Shown in pieces: positions 38,400-48,211 of a stretch of 64,000 nucleotides of DNA. The translations under genes were made by a program, and so were the position numbers. The notes under the pieces are model-generated. The model was not told the origin of the DNA, did not search any database, and was given only the letters and a program-made list of their open reading frames with translations. The DNA comes from a virus. Taxonomy: Duplodnaviria; Caudoviricetes. The stretch spans positions 1,823 to 65,822 of the IMG/VR virus record IMGVR_UViG_3300032246_000346; one strand, given 5' to 3'. How positions within the stretch are numbered: position 1 is the first letter of the stretch; each line of letters begins with the position of its first letter.

Positions 38400-38830
38400 T
38401 ATACTTGTGTAGTTACCGCTACAACATCCCAACGAGTATTATTTGCATTATAAACACATCCTACATACACTGTTTTAGATACTGTAGTTGATGTTGGAAG
38501 AGTTACACCAATTGCAGTATAAGTAGCATTCCATGTTAATGTTCTTGAAGTACTATTATCTAGTAATCTAAATGTTAATTTTTGACCATCATATGGTGTG
38601 CCAGTAGGTGCATTGATAGTAAGGTTAGCCGCTAATGCAGTTAAGTTATATTGGCTATATGTATTAATATCAGGTGTTATACTTGATGCAGAAGCTTGTG
38701 TATTTGAACTAGGATTTAAATTTACAGTTCCTGATATGGTAGGCAGAGTTAATGTAGTAGACCCTGAAACTGCCTGAGCTTGTAGGGTTACGGTACCTGA
38801 GGTATCGCCTGAGATGACTATTGATGACAT
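38399..38830 (-). CDS. Tail fibre-associated protein
   Basis: ISGDTSG N-terminal module; APTGTP.DGQ...RTLTWNA...WDVVA. Confidence 0.65.
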   Translation of the reverse strand: MSSIVISGDTSGTVTLQAQAVSGSTTLTLPTISGTVNLNPSSNTQASASSITPDINTYSQYNLTALAANLTINAPTGTPYDGQKLTFRLLDNSTSRTLTWNATYTAIGVTLPTSTTVSKTVYVGCVYNANNTRWDVVAVTTQV

Positions 38831-38845
38831 ATTATTTTCCTTTAA

Positions 38846-39754
38846 TTAAGCCCATGAACCTATATTAATATTAGCACCGGAAGCACCTAATGGAGTAAGT
38901 TTTGCATAACTACCAATTTGAGTTGTATATGCGCCGCCTGGAGCTGCTGAAAGTGTGTATTGTGGGATAAATGTACCACCAGCGTTTACTGATACCGTTC
39001 CTTTTAAGATCGCAGTAAAATTATTACTTGCATTTGTAAATGCTCCTGTTAATACTGTTGCACTTGCTGTATTTACATAGTAATTATATGCATTTTGATT
39101 ACCATTAACGCTAGGTGCAGACGAAGAATATCCAATATTATTTAATGTAGCTGTTCCACCAAATCCAATAGCAATTGTATAAGATGTTGTTCCTGCAGAT
39201 TTAGATAATGTAAATACTATTTCAAATTCATATATAGTAGAACCAGCTAAAGTAACACCTACGCCAAAAATAGATTGAGCAGTTGTAACGTTTGCACCTG
39301 CTACTGCAGAGTTTAAAGCATAATATAAACTAGCACCTAAAGAAGTAGACCAAGTAGGAACTCCGTTACCTGATGATGTTAATACTTGACCTGATGTACC
39401 ATAGTTTGCTGTGCCTGTACCTAATACTAAAGCACCTGTAGTTGTTACTGATAAGCGTTGTGTATTATTAGTATATATGCCTAATGGAAGATAAGTTCCT
39501 GAACCATTTATACCTGATATAATTTCTGTGTCAGTAGAGCCATTTACAAGCATTTGTATTACAGATGAATTTGTAGGATCTGAGTTATTAGCTGCTCCTA
39601 ATCCTGCAATAGTACCAGAACCATTAGGAAGTGCATATACGCCTGTATTTCCATTCAAGGTACTTGTTTGTAATGCAGTTCTGTTATTTACTGTTGCGGT
39701 ACTAAAATCACCTTGCAGTCTATTGGTACCAGAATCTAATATAATTGACGCCAT
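38846..39754 (-). CDS. Tail fibre-like protein
   Basis: NYGTSGQVLTS.G module. Confidence 0.65.
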   Translation of the reverse strand: MASIILDSGTNRLQGDFSTATVNNRTALQTSTLNGNTGVYALPNGSGTIAGLGAANNSDPTNSSVIQMLVNGSTDTEIISGINGSGTYLPLGIYTNNTQRLSVTTTGALVLGTGTANYGTSGQVLTSSGNGVPTWSTSLGASLYYALNSAVAGANVTTAQSIFGVGVTLAGSTIYEFEIVFTLSKSAGTTSYTIAIGFGGTATLNNIGYSSSAPSVNGNQNAYNYYVNTASATVLTGAFTNASNNFTAILKGTVSVNAGGTFIPQYTLSAAPGGAYTTQIGSYAKLTPLGASGANINIGSWA

Positions 39755-39763
39755 TTAATGCTC

Positions 39764-41119
39764 CTATAAAACAACCCAACGTTGACCAGATGGAACTGTA
39801 ACTACTGCACCACCGCTAATTGTAATTGGTCCTGTTGACATTGCATTTTTATTTGTAGATAACGTATAACTTGTTGTAACTGTTTTTGAGTTTTCGTAAA
39901 ATACTTGGTCACCACCTGCACCTGTAGCACCACCACCAATTGTACCCCATGAACCTGCTATACCTGTAATTGTAGTACCTGCTGGGATTAATTGAGTTGT
40001 ATCTACTGTATATGTACCTGTACTACCTGTACCTGTACCAAGTGCTGTAATTTTAGTACCAGCAGTAATAAAGAAATACCCCATCATTGACTCACTTGCT
40101 ATGGTTTGTGAGTTGTTAACAGTGTATGTACCTACACCACCTGTACCTGTACCAAGTGCTGTAATTGTTGTACCTGATGTAACACCTATACCTGAAATAA
40201 CTGTACCTACTTTTAAATTACTTGTTGATGCAACTGTAACTGTTAGTGTAGTACCTGAAATGGAAGCTGTTAAAGTAGATGATATATAACCTGACACAGT
40301 CATACCTACTGCAATAGTACCTGATGTAACTGCGCTTACATCTAATGTAGTTCCTGCAATACCTGAACCGTTATCAATTTTACCTGTAAATACAGCAGTA
40401 GAAGTAGCTAAGAAGCCTTCATATTGATTAATAGTTGAGTTATAACGCATCATACCTGAATATACATCAGCTGGTCTTTGTGCTGTTGTACCTGCTGGTA
40501 CTGCTACAGAACCTGTACCAACAAACTGTAAGTTATTAGGAACGTTAACAACCGTACCATTAATAGTCATGCTATCTAGTTTATAGTCACCTAAAGTAGT
40601 ATTATTGTAAGTATTTAAAGATGTAGCATTAATAGCCGCAGTTACTGTACCAGCTGTAATAGTAGCATTTGAAGAAATAATAGTTCCATTAAAATAGTTT
40701 GATGGTGTAGATACATTTGTACCATCGCTATAAACAAAACCTGAAGTGCCTGCTGGAATAGTTACAGTAGTGCCTGGTGTTCCAACAACTGATACAATAA
40801 CATCATTAGCTAAATTATTATTAACAATGTAAAACTTAGTAAAAGTATATGCGCCTGAAGTAGCTGGAATAAATAATGTTCGTGTAGATCCACCTGCAGT
40901 ACCTGTTAAATTAAGTCTAAGATTTCTTGCAGCTTGAGTAGTATATGTATCAGATAAAGTTAAAGTAACATTAGCACTAGAAAATCCAACATCAGTAGTA
41001 CCAATAATAGACTCTTGGATACAAGTACCTAAAGAAGCATTAGTAATATCACCCCATGTGGTAGCTTCGGTACCTGTGGTAATTTGAGGTATTTTTAGTG
41101 CTGAATATGCAACGGTCAT
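39764..41119 (-). CDS. Tail fibre/base protein with nested repeat
   Basis: GE..TWG..TN, P.GTTAQRP...G.MRYNS, C-terminal [13 protein letters not shown]...VP.G.RWVVL. Confidence 0.7.
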   Translation of the reverse strand: MTVAYSALKIPQITTGTEATTWGDITNASLGTCIQESIIGTTDVGFSSANVTLTLSDTYTTQAARNLRLNLTGTAGGSTRTLFIPATSGAYTFTKFYIVNNNLANDVIVSVVGTPGTTVTIPAGTSGFVYSDGTNVSTPSNYFNGTIISSNATITAGTVTAAINATSLNTYNNTTLGDYKLDSMTINGTVVNVPNNLQFVGTGSVAVPAGTTAQRPADVYSGMMRYNSTINQYEGFLATSTAVFTGKIDNGSGIAGTTLDVSAVTSGTIAVGMTVSGYISSTLTASISGTTLTVTVASTSNLKVGTVISGIGVTSGTTITALGTGTGGVGTYTVNNSQTIASESMMGYFFITAGTKITALGTGTGSTGTYTVDTTQLIPAGTTITGIAGSWGTIGGGATGAGGDQVFYENSKTVTTSYTLSTNKNAMSTGPITISGGAVVTVPSGQRWVVL

Positions 41120-41131
41120 AATTTATCTCTT

Positions 41132-41332
41132 TTAAGTTGATTCGCCAATAGCAGGAACGCTTGTTGCATGTACTGCTACATGTTTAATTTCATCCCAAAC
41201 TTCTCCGCAATCATTACATGTTTTTTGGTTGTATTCTACATCATCTACGACCATACCGCAATTAGAACATTGTAGTTCAACCTCTTGTTTACATATAATA
41301 ATTCCATCTATTTCTTGTGCTTCTATAATCAT
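41132..41332 (-). CDS. Small zinc-ribbon protein
   Basis: CSNCG...CNDCG; start MIIEAQ. Confidence 0.55.
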   Translation of the reverse strand: MIIEAQEIDGIIICKQEVELQCSNCGMVVDDVEYNQKTCNDCGEVWDEIKHVAVHATSVPAIGEST

Positions 41333-41739
41333 GGTAATATTCCTGTCCAATTTGCTGTTTGGGTAGTACTTACTACTGTCCATCCTGCTGTATTTGAGTC
41401 ATCAATATCAGCCCAATTAGCTGTTTGATTATCATCAATTTGACTCCATAAATACACTGTTCCAATAGATCCTGTAGCGTATAAACCTGATACTGTAACA
41501 GAATTATTGTATATTATTTGCCCTAACTGAGATGTTCCACTAACACCAGTTATAGATATACGTTGTACAACTAAACTAACATTACCTACAGATCCAGTAG
41601 CGGAAACACCTGTTACTGGAATAGACAAACTACCAACTGCTGTACCTAACCCAGTAGTAGCTTGTATACCTGTTAAAGTTGCATAAGCCTGTGGTAAAGC
41701 CGATATTGGAACTTGGCTTAATGCATCAAATGCTAACAT
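41329..41739 (-). CDS. Virion protein with TG..ATG..G repeats
   Basis: Repeated TG(V/I).(A/G)T motifs; W..IDD.Q..NW tail. Confidence 0.6.
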   Translation of the reverse strand: MLAFDALSQVPISALPQAYATLTGIQATTGLGTAVGSLSIPVTGVSATGSVGNVSLVVQRISITGVSGTSQLGQIIYNNSVTVSGLYATGSIGTVYLWSQIDDNQTANWADIDDSNTAGWTVVSTTQTANWTGILP

Positions 41740-42857
41740 TATGCAACTACTGCTTTAAGCACCAAATATTTTAAAACAGGTGCTTCTGTTAATGAGCCTC
41801 CAGATATATTTCTAAGCGTTATAGTTGCAGAACCAGAAGCTGGAGTTACAGTAATATTATAAGCACCTAATGTACCTGCACTAATATGGTTAACAATTAC
41901 AAGATCAGTTGAAGCAATTGATGTATTAGTAAACGTAAATGCTACGTTAGTTTGGTTAGCCCTAGCGCCTGAAAATAGCGTTATTGTACCTGTCATTTTG
42001 TTACCTGAAGTAACACCTGTTGTAGTAGATGTTAATTGAGTTAAAGCTTCACCTGCACCTGTTGCATAACCTATACCTGCACTAGCACTTGATGATGAAA
42101 TAGCGCCTGTAAGAACTACTGAAGTACCTGTTGCAGCACCAATATTAGGAGTAGTTAAAGTGGGTGTATTAGAACCAACTAAACTATATGTAGATGTATT
42201 GCCAGTAATACCAGCAAAAGCATAGCCTGTAATATTATTTAATGATGTAACAGATGCTGTAGATGCATTAGTACCACCGTTAGCAATAGGTAATATGCCT
42301 GAAACATCAGCTGTTAAAGATACGGCTCCAAATGTAGGAGCCCCCGCTGCATTACCATGTAATACTGTTGTAGATGTACCAGCTGCTGTAGTTGCCATAG
42401 CAGTAGTAGTTGAGCCATACACAACACCATATTGAGTAAGCGCACTAGATTGGCCTGTACCACCATAAGCAGTACCAATTAAAGTACCTTGCCAAACACC
42501 TGAAGCTACTGTGCCTAAAGCTGATACATTACCTGAAGCATCTAAATAAACACCTTTTGTAGCTGCATATGTACAAAATACATTTTTAGTACCCGCTGAA
42601 AAAGAAACTGCAGAACCAGCATTAGAAGATGCTAAAACTGTAGTACGTGTTAAATTAGCTGATGTACCATCAAGTGTACCAAGACCTACTTCCCATTCAG
42701 AAGTACTTTGACCTGCTATAGTATAGTAAGTAGTATTACTGTTACCAATACCGGAACCAAAGGTTCTATAGCCTGTAGGAGCTCCACCAAGAGCAACTGC
42801 GCCTGTACCTGTGGTTGTGGTAGTTTCAAGTACTCTATCCGCTATTACAAGAGCCAT
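41739..42857 (-). CDS. Tail fibre protein
   Basis: ADRV.ETTTTTGTG...WEVG.GT...FSAGTKNVF N-terminal anchor; GGTG modules. Confidence 0.7.
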   Translation of the reverse strand: MALVIADRVLETTTTTGTGAVALGGAPTGYRTFGSGIGNSNTTYYTIAGQSTSEWEVGLGTLDGTSANLTRTTVLASSNAGSAVSFSAGTKNVFCTYAATKGVYLDASGNVSALGTVASGVWQGTLIGTAYGGTGQSSALTQYGVVYGSTTTAMATTAAGTSTTVLHGNAAGAPTFGAVSLTADVSGILPIANGGTNASTASVTSLNNITGYAFAGITGNTSTYSLVGSNTPTLTTPNIGAATGTSVVLTGAISSSSASAGIGYATGAGEALTQLTSTTTGVTSGNKMTGTITLFSGARANQTNVAFTFTNTSIASTDLVIVNHISAGTLGAYNITVTPASGSATITLRNISGGSLTEAPVLKYLVLKAVVA

Positions 42858-42869
42858 TATAGACTCCTA

Positions 42870-43328
42870 TTAAGCGATACGAATAATTGCTGAAGTATTA
42901 TTTGCAGTGGGCATTACAACAGTAAAGTTACCTGCTGTAGAAGTAATTGTGCCACCAAATGATAATACTGCTACTGAATTTTTACCTGCTAATGAGTTAT
43001 TATAAATCATAGCCCCTGCAGCAGATAACGTAGCTGAAGTCCAAGTAATATTAGAAAAACTTAACCATGCTGTTGTTCCTGTAGCACTATTAGGTACATT
43101 TGATATTGTTAACGCTTGACCCCCAGCAGTATAACCAGAACCTGAAGATTCATTAGATGCCGTATAAGCACCTGTAGTTGAGTCTAAAGTAGCTGCTGAT
43201 GTATATAATGCCATGTAAAACGTATCTTGTGTATTAACCGTTTTAGCAGGATTAGTTGTATTAAAATTATGATACGCGCTAAGTATTTCTACTTTAAAGC
43301 TCGTAGTCATTGCTTGGGTAATTGCCAT
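42870..43328 (-). CDS. Tail/fibre-attachment structural protein
   Basis: TSFK.E.L...F..ALYT...NE.SG.GYTAGG...A.IYN...VL.FG. Confidence 0.65.
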   Translation of the reverse strand: MAITQAMTTSFKVEILSAYHNFNTTNPAKTVNTQDTFYMALYTSAATLDSTTGAYTASNESSGSGYTAGGQALTISNVPNSATGTTAWLSFSNITWTSATLSAAGAMIYNNSLAGKNSVAVLSFGGTITSTAGNFTVVMPTANNTSAIIRIA

Positions 43329-43329
43329 T

Positions 43330-43605
43330 CTAGTTCTCCAATAATTTAGTTAGTTCTGGGTGTCCTGCATCGGAAAACCGATGTTTCAATGTTAATCTAT
43401 CTGATTCTACTGCTTGTTTTAATGATTTAATAAGTTCAGCATGGATATGTTCTTTAAATGCTAAAGCTTGATCTCTAATTGCAGGATGTGACTCTTTACC
43501 TACATAAATAATTCTATCAATCGTTTGTTCTGCGATTTCTTCAGGGGTAAAACCTCTATAGTTTGTACCATATGCTTTAACATTATCACCTAAAATAAGA
43601 TCCAT
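43330..43605 (-). CDS. Hypothetical virion-module protein
   Basis: RGFTPEE.AE...I.DQA.AFK. Confidence 0.65.
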   Translation of the reverse strand: MDLILGDNVKAYGTNYRGFTPEEIAEQTIDRIIYVGKESHPAIRDQALAFKEHIHAELIKSLKQAVESDRLTLKHRFSDAGHPELTKLLEN

Positions 43606-43615
43606 TTATTTTCCT

Positions 43616-44251
43616 TTATTGAACTGGGTTTCTAACTTGCCCATTTCTGTAAGCATCTTGACGATCTTTACCATCACCAAGTTGTTTCAATAGAGCTAAT
43701 GCTTCATCATAACGTTTTTGATATTGATTTAATACGTCTTGTTCACCCTTCATATACGTATATGCTTCTAATAAAGAACCATAAAGAAGAGTAGAATCAA
43801 AATTATTTCCAAGCCAAGTAGTACCAGCAGTAACAATAGACTCAGGATAATAGAAATAATGCAATTCAATATTATAGTTAGCATCAGGTGTAGGACCTAA
43901 TATAAATGTATTATTGTCAAAAACAGCATAATATTGAGGCTGACCATAAAAAGTTGAATCAGTATCAGGAAATGACTCTCTAATAAAGTTAACGTCTTTA
44001 TTTAAAAGATACGAATACTCATTAGCATTATTAATTATTGCCATACTAAATGTAGATAACCAATCAGAAGGCATAGATAAATATTTATTAGTTGAAGTAG
44101 TATGCCCAGTCACGTTTTTACGCAACGCAGGCAATTGCACAACGTTATAAATACGTTGTTCAGCTTCTTTAATAAAGGTATTAACTACATCAGTTGTAAA
44201 GTCATTCTCTGTGTAATTCTTTATCTGTGCTACTAATTGGGTATAAGTCAT
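43616..44251 (-). CDS. Head-tail adaptor-like protein
   Basis: FI..AEQRI...P.D...G.P.YY...GPTPD...LLYG.L.EA. Confidence 0.7.
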   Translation of the reverse strand: MTYTQLVAQIKNYTENDFTTDVVNTFIKEAEQRIYNVVQLPALRKNVTGHTTSTNKYLSMPSDWLSTFSMAIINNANEYSYLLNKDVNFIRESFPDTDSTFYGQPQYYAVFDNNTFILGPTPDANYNIELHYFYYPESIVTAGTTWLGNNFDSTLLYGSLLEAYTYMKGEQDVLNQYQKRYDEALALLKQLGDGKDRQDAYRNGQVRNPVQ

Positions 44252-44254
44252 TTA

Positions 44255-44476
44255 TTACGCCATTGGACCACTTGAAGTAAATCCTTTTGTTGCTGCACCT
44301 TTACCACGTTGTACTGTATCACCATTCTTGTTAACTTCATTAGCACCTGGATCACCTGCGCTCACGCGTGGTGTACCTGTTTTTCTACCCATATCACTTG
44401 CTTTTAAAGTGTTAGGATCAGTTTGATAACTAATATCAGGTGTTGGTACAATTTGAGGCTGTTTATATTCTGCCAT
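44255..44476 (-). CDS. Small virion-region protein
   Basis: Ends RGKGAATKGFTSSGPMA. Confidence 0.6.
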   Translation of the reverse strand: MAEYKQPQIVPTPDISYQTDPNTLKASDMGRKTGTPRVSAGDPGANEVNKNGDTVQRGKGAATKGFTSSGPMA

Positions 44477-44481
44477 AATTA

Positions 44482-44670
44482 TTATCCTTTTTGATTTTTA
44501 ACTTTAGCTAAGTTACGGCCCATAGTCTTCATATCAGCATTCTTTTTACCGCCACCAGATTTAGTAGCTGGTCCTTTTTCAACGCCAATTGATGGTCCTG
44601 TATTACCTAAGTTTTTACCCTTAGTTTTACCTTTTTGATTAACGCCTTGAGCGCCTGCTTTAAAACCCAT
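44482..44670 (-). CDS. Small basic virion-region protein
   Basis: KGKTKGKNLG...MKTMGRNLAK. Confidence 0.6.
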   Translation of the reverse strand: MGFKAGAQGVNQKGKTKGKNLGNTGPSIGVEKGPATKSGGGKKNADMKTMGRNLAKVKNQKG

Positions 44671-44681
44671 TTTATTACTCC

Positions 44682-45062
44682 TTATGTTATTGTTACAGTT
44701 ACCGTGCCTACTTCACCTGTTGGAGCAAGATCATTAGGTATATCTGGTAAATTTAATACGTTGTTAAGACCAACTGGATCCCAACCCCATTGTATAACTC
44801 TACTACCACCATCACCGCCAGGTCCAGATTGATAATAGCTTGGACTATCAGGTCTTGGATTTCTTACTGCTTGCGGATCATTTACTGGGTATAAGCCTAG
44901 TGATAACTGCGGTTGATCCGGTTCCCAACATGATGGGCATACGAGTATATTAACATTTTTTGTCTTTATAACCAACCGTTTTAATTGCTTTAGCTTGTAT
45001 CTAAAGTTACAACGATCGCATTGGGCAATTGCATGTTTACCGCTAGAGAATTTACTTGGCAT
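44682..45062 (-). CDS. Zn-binding hypothetical virion-region protein
   Basis: GK.A.A.CDRC...VCP.CWE.D.PQL. Confidence 0.65.
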   Translation of the reverse strand: MPSKFSSGKHAIAQCDRCNFRYKLKQLKRLVIKTKNVNILVCPSCWEPDQPQLSLGLYPVNDPQAVRNPRPDSPSYYQSGPGGDGGSRVIQWGWDPVGLNNVLNLPDIPNDLAPTGEVGTVTVTIT

Positions 45063-45066
45063 TTAA

Positions 45067-45795
45067 TTACCCGTGATAAAACATTTCTCTAGGTACAAAT
45101 CGTACTGATGCTTTTTCTCTATCTTCTTCAGCAGCAAACTGATATTGTTGTTCGTAATCAGCTTTTAATTCTGCACGTCTATTAGGATCAACATTAGGTA
45201 TTTTCATAGCTAAATAATAAGCTAATCCTGCTACCATAGCATTTAAAAAACGGAATGGAATATCTTGTGTGAACGTACCACTTGTGCCAGCATCTTGAAT
45301 ACGGCGTAATCTGTAGTAAACAAATGTATAAAAATTAGATTGGTCAGGTGCAGGCCATACATTAATTTGTGGGTTTTGAACAGTTAAATTAGGTTGTGTA
45401 GCACCACTTTGTCTATTAATCCATACTTGAATAGGACGACCTTGTGCATTTTTATTAGGGATTGTGATATATGTTGATTCACTAATACGGCTAATATTAA
45501 TATCTGTTTGATTTTGTGCGGTACCAGTACGTACTACTTGATCTAATAAATCAATAGTATCAATAGGCAAATCATAAGCAATAGTGCCTTGAACTAATGG
45601 AATTGAACCTTGTTCAATAGTCCATAAGTTAATACCACGATTAGCCCACTCAACAGTAAGTAGATTTAAACTGCGTCTAGCTGTTCTTAAATCATAACCT
45701 GTACGTAGTTCAGCACCACATCTTTCAAATGCTTCTTCTACAATAGTATTAAGATCTAGGTTAAAACTAGAGGTGCCTGATGTTGTTGCTACCAT
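45067..45795 (-). CDS. Head-tail connector / tail tubular A-like protein
   Basis: EEAFERCG...ARRSLNL...W.NRG.NLW...NK...GRP...WP.PD...P.RF. Confidence 0.7.
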   Translation of the reverse strand: MVATTSGTSSFNLDLNTIVEEAFERCGAELRTGYDLRTARRSLNLLTVEWANRGINLWTIEQGSIPLVQGTIAYDLPIDTIDLLDQVVRTGTAQNQTDINISRISESTYITIPNKNAQGRPIQVWINRQSGATQPNLTVQNPQINVWPAPDQSNFYTFVYYRLRRIQDAGTSGTFTQDIPFRFLNAMVAGLAYYLAMKIPNVDPNRRAELKADYEQQYQFAAEEDREKASVRFVPREMFYHG

Positions 45796-45804
45796 TTATT
45801 TCCC

Positions 45805-46041
45805 TTATTTTGGAAAACCAGCTTTCATATTTGCATATGATTTTGCTGATATTGTGGATTTTGATTTAGGTCTTGAAATACCTTTTTTCTTCCTAGCATT
45901 AATGTTGGCATATAATCCAACAGGTCCACCTTTTTTATAGACATCTACTTTATTAGGATCGTCTTTACGAGTAATAACCTTAGGTTTTCTACCTGGCATC
46001 TTAGACTCGTTAATATCACCCATTCCGCGACTTGGTCTCAT
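45805..46041 (-). CDS. Small basic protein
   Basis: SRGMG.IN, YKKGG, GLYANINA.KK. Confidence 0.65.
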   Translation of the reverse strand: MRPSRGMGDINESKMPGRKPKVITRKDDPNKVDVYKKGGPVGLYANINARKKKGISRPKSKSTISAKSYANMKAGFPK

Positions 46042-46541
46042 TATCTTCTTAATCCACCTAAACCTTGTTGTAATGTACCAGGTTGCATATCTCTTGGTGC
46101 TGGACCGCGTTGAGGACCTTTAGTAAGTAATGGACCTAAACCTGGAATTTGTGGATAAACTCCTTTAAGTGGTCCAAGATCTTGTTTTTGTTGTGGGTTT
46201 AGCGTACTACCTTGTTGTAGTTGGTTATACATAGGATTTAAGTTTGATACCGTTTGGCCAAAACCCAAAGGTTGTTGGTTTTGCATACCTTGTTGCAGTG
46301 ATCTCATATTATTAAACATATTTGATCCGTTTTGAAACATATTTAACATACCTTGCGATTGTTCAGGCGTTACTTGTCCTGGCTGTGGAACTGTGCCATT
46401 AAATAACGTACTGCCTGGTTGTGCTTGTATATAAGGGTTTTGAGGTTGTTGTTGCATTAATTGAGCAAACCCAGAATACATTTGCAATTCTTTTAGTTGT
46501 TCTGGGGTTAATTGTCCACCTTGTCCTGCTGCGCCTGCCAT
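46041..46541 (-). CDS. Gln/Pro/Gly-rich low-complexity protein
   Basis: 166 aa, translationally coupled at both ends. Confidence 0.6.
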   Translation of the reverse strand: MAGAAGQGGQLTPEQLKELQMYSGFAQLMQQQPQNPYIQAQPGSTLFNGTVPQPGQVTPEQSQGMLNMFQNGSNMFNNMRSLQQGMQNQQPLGFGQTVSNLNPMYNQLQQGSTLNPQQKQDLGPLKGVYPQIPGLGPLLTKGPQRGPAPRDMQPGTLQQGLGGLRR

Positions 46542-46861
46542 TATACTATCCTTCCTTTTGTTTTACCGCGAATTGCACATCCATTAGCTTTGGCTACGAA
46601 GCCTCCACCTTCCATTTTTTTACAGCCACAGCCAACAGAACCACCTTTTTTCATAACTTTAGGATTTAAATCTGTCGGTTTATCTTTATTAGTAGGGCCT
46701 AATTTTAATTGAACACCTTTAGCCATGTTTTCATTATCCATACCAAGTTTTTCTCTTACAAGTTTTCTAATCTCAGTACCTGGACTCCACTCTGCTTTAT
46801 CAGCTTCAATAGCTGAATCATATTTTTCTTTAGGTGACATATCTTTATATGATTTAGCCAT
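46541..46861 (-). CDS. Small protein with GCAIRGKTKGRIV C-terminus
   Basis: ORF translation. Confidence 0.7.
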   Translation of the reverse strand: MAKSYKDMSPKEKYDSAIEADKAEWSPGTEIRKLVREKLGMDNENMAKGVQLKLGPTNKDKPTDLNPKVMKKGGSVGCGCKKMEGGGFVAKANGCAIRGKTKGRIV

Positions 46862-47364
46862 TATACAATCCTTCCTCTTGTTTTTCCTCTGATTGCACAG
46901 CCATTAGCTTTAGTAACAAAACCACCACCAGCCATCTTTTTAGCTTTAACTTTACCGCCTTTTTTAAAACCCATTGAACGTCTAGCTTGTTCTAAAGGAT
47001 CCATCCATTTTTCTTCAGCAACAGCTTTGTTTACTTTAGACATATCAGGTGCAGATTCCATAACATCTTTTGTTCTATCAACACTACCAATATCACCTGG
47101 AGCTGTTTCTACAGAAGTTTCTTTTTTAGTTACTTTAATAGGTTTTTTAACATTATTAAAGTTAGGACCCATTTTATCGTTACTAAAATCAACACGTGAT
47201 CCAATATTACCAGTAGGAGTATTACGACCCATAGCAGTATCTATTTTATCTTTTCTAGCAGCTCTATCTGCAGCACGTTCTGCAATACCGCGTTGTTGTC
47301 TTAACTCGTTTTCATCAAGCATATCCTTGATGTCACTAAATAAATTACCTGTGTATTTAGCCAT
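46861..47364 (-). CDS. Protein with GCAIRGKTRGRIV C-terminus
   Basis: ORF translation. Confidence 0.7.
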   Translation of the reverse strand: MAKYTGNLFSDIKDMLDENELRQQRGIAERAADRAARKDKIDTAMGRNTPTGNIGSRVDFSNDKMGPNFNNVKKPIKVTKKETSVETAPGDIGSVDRTKDVMESAPDMSKVNKAVAEEKWMDPLEQARRSMGFKKGGKVKAKKMAGGGFVTKANGCAIRGKTRGRIV

Positions 47365-47366
47365 GA

Positions 47367-47750
47367 TTAAACAATCTTTCCTTTAGTTTTACCGCGAATA
47401 GCAACACCATTAATAGAACCACCAACAGCATATTTTTTGCCTTTAGTCATTCCACCACCACACATACCACCTTTTTTAAGTTCTAATTGAGTACCTTTAC
47501 CACCTTTATGTTCTTGTGCATCGTGTTGTTTAAATGCTTTTTTAATCATAGCTTTATCTTGAGCCATGTCCATCTTTGTATCTTCTTTCATATCTGATTT
47601 AGCCATACCGCCTCCTTTAAAAGTTTTACCTTTATCAGCGGCAGCAAAATCTTTACCTACTGATTGTTTAATTCCTACCTTCTTAGCAAAAGCTGGGCTA
47701 TGAGCTACAGCTTCCATTAAGTTATGTTGTTTTTTAGATACACTAGGCAT
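47367..47750 (-). CDS. Protein with GVAIRGKTKGKIV C-terminus
   Basis: Start MPSVSKKQHN; ORF translation. Confidence 0.7.
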   Translation of the reverse strand: MPSVSKKQHNLMEAVAHSPAFAKKVGIKQSVGKDFAAADKGKTFKGGGMAKSDMKEDTKMDMAQDKAMIKKAFKQHDAQEHKGGKGTQLELKKGGMCGGGMTKGKKYAVGGSINGVAIRGKTKGKIV

Positions 47751-47988
47751 TTTTTTCAGCCTCTCTCCAGCGTTCACATTTAAAACATGTGCAATCAGGA
47801 TGATGTAAAGGTCTTGTCCATGGATTAGGTACTTTAACCTTTTCTACTACAGGTTCTAATTTATATGGAGCTTCTTCTTTAATTGATTCTACCATAGCTT
47901 CAGTAGCCACTTCTACAACAGGTTCTTCAATATTAACTTCTTTTTTAACAGCCTTTTTAGGCTTTAGTATTTTGTGTAATATATCCAT
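47743..47988 (-). CDS. Hypothetical protein
   Basis: 81 aa; HPDC.CFKC. Confidence 0.55.
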   Translation of the reverse strand: MDILHKILKPKKAVKKEVNIEEPVVEVATEAMVESIKEEAPYKLEPVVEKVKVPNPWTRPLHHPDCTCFKCERWREAEKNA

Positions 47989-47989
47989 A

Positions 47990-48211
47990 TTATTTTCCTA
48001 ACCAATGAGTTACCATCCAACTAATAATACCTGAAATAACTGTAGCGATTGCAATAAATACTTTCCAACCACCTTTAATTTCTTCAAGTGTTTTTTCAAT
48101 ACCATCTAAGCGAGCTTTTAGTTGGTCCATGTCTTCCATAATTCTATCTACATCCGTTTGAATATGTTTAATTTCTACACCATGTTCAATAACTTCACGT
48201 TCTGCACTCAT
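47990..48211 (-). CDS. Coiled-coil + single TM protein (XhlA/holin-like)
   Basis: Coiled coil followed by KGGWKVFIAIATVISG TM segment. Confidence 0.6.
   Translation of the reverse strand: MSAEREVIEHGVEIKHIQTDVDRIMEDMDQLKARLDGIEKTLEEIKGGWKVFIAIATVISGIISWMVTHWLGK

Noticed and set aside
36702-42857. Diversity-generating retroelement or invertible tail-fibre shufflon
   Set aside because: No reverse transcriptase, invertase or TR/VR pair noticed; shared motifs are ordinary fibre modules
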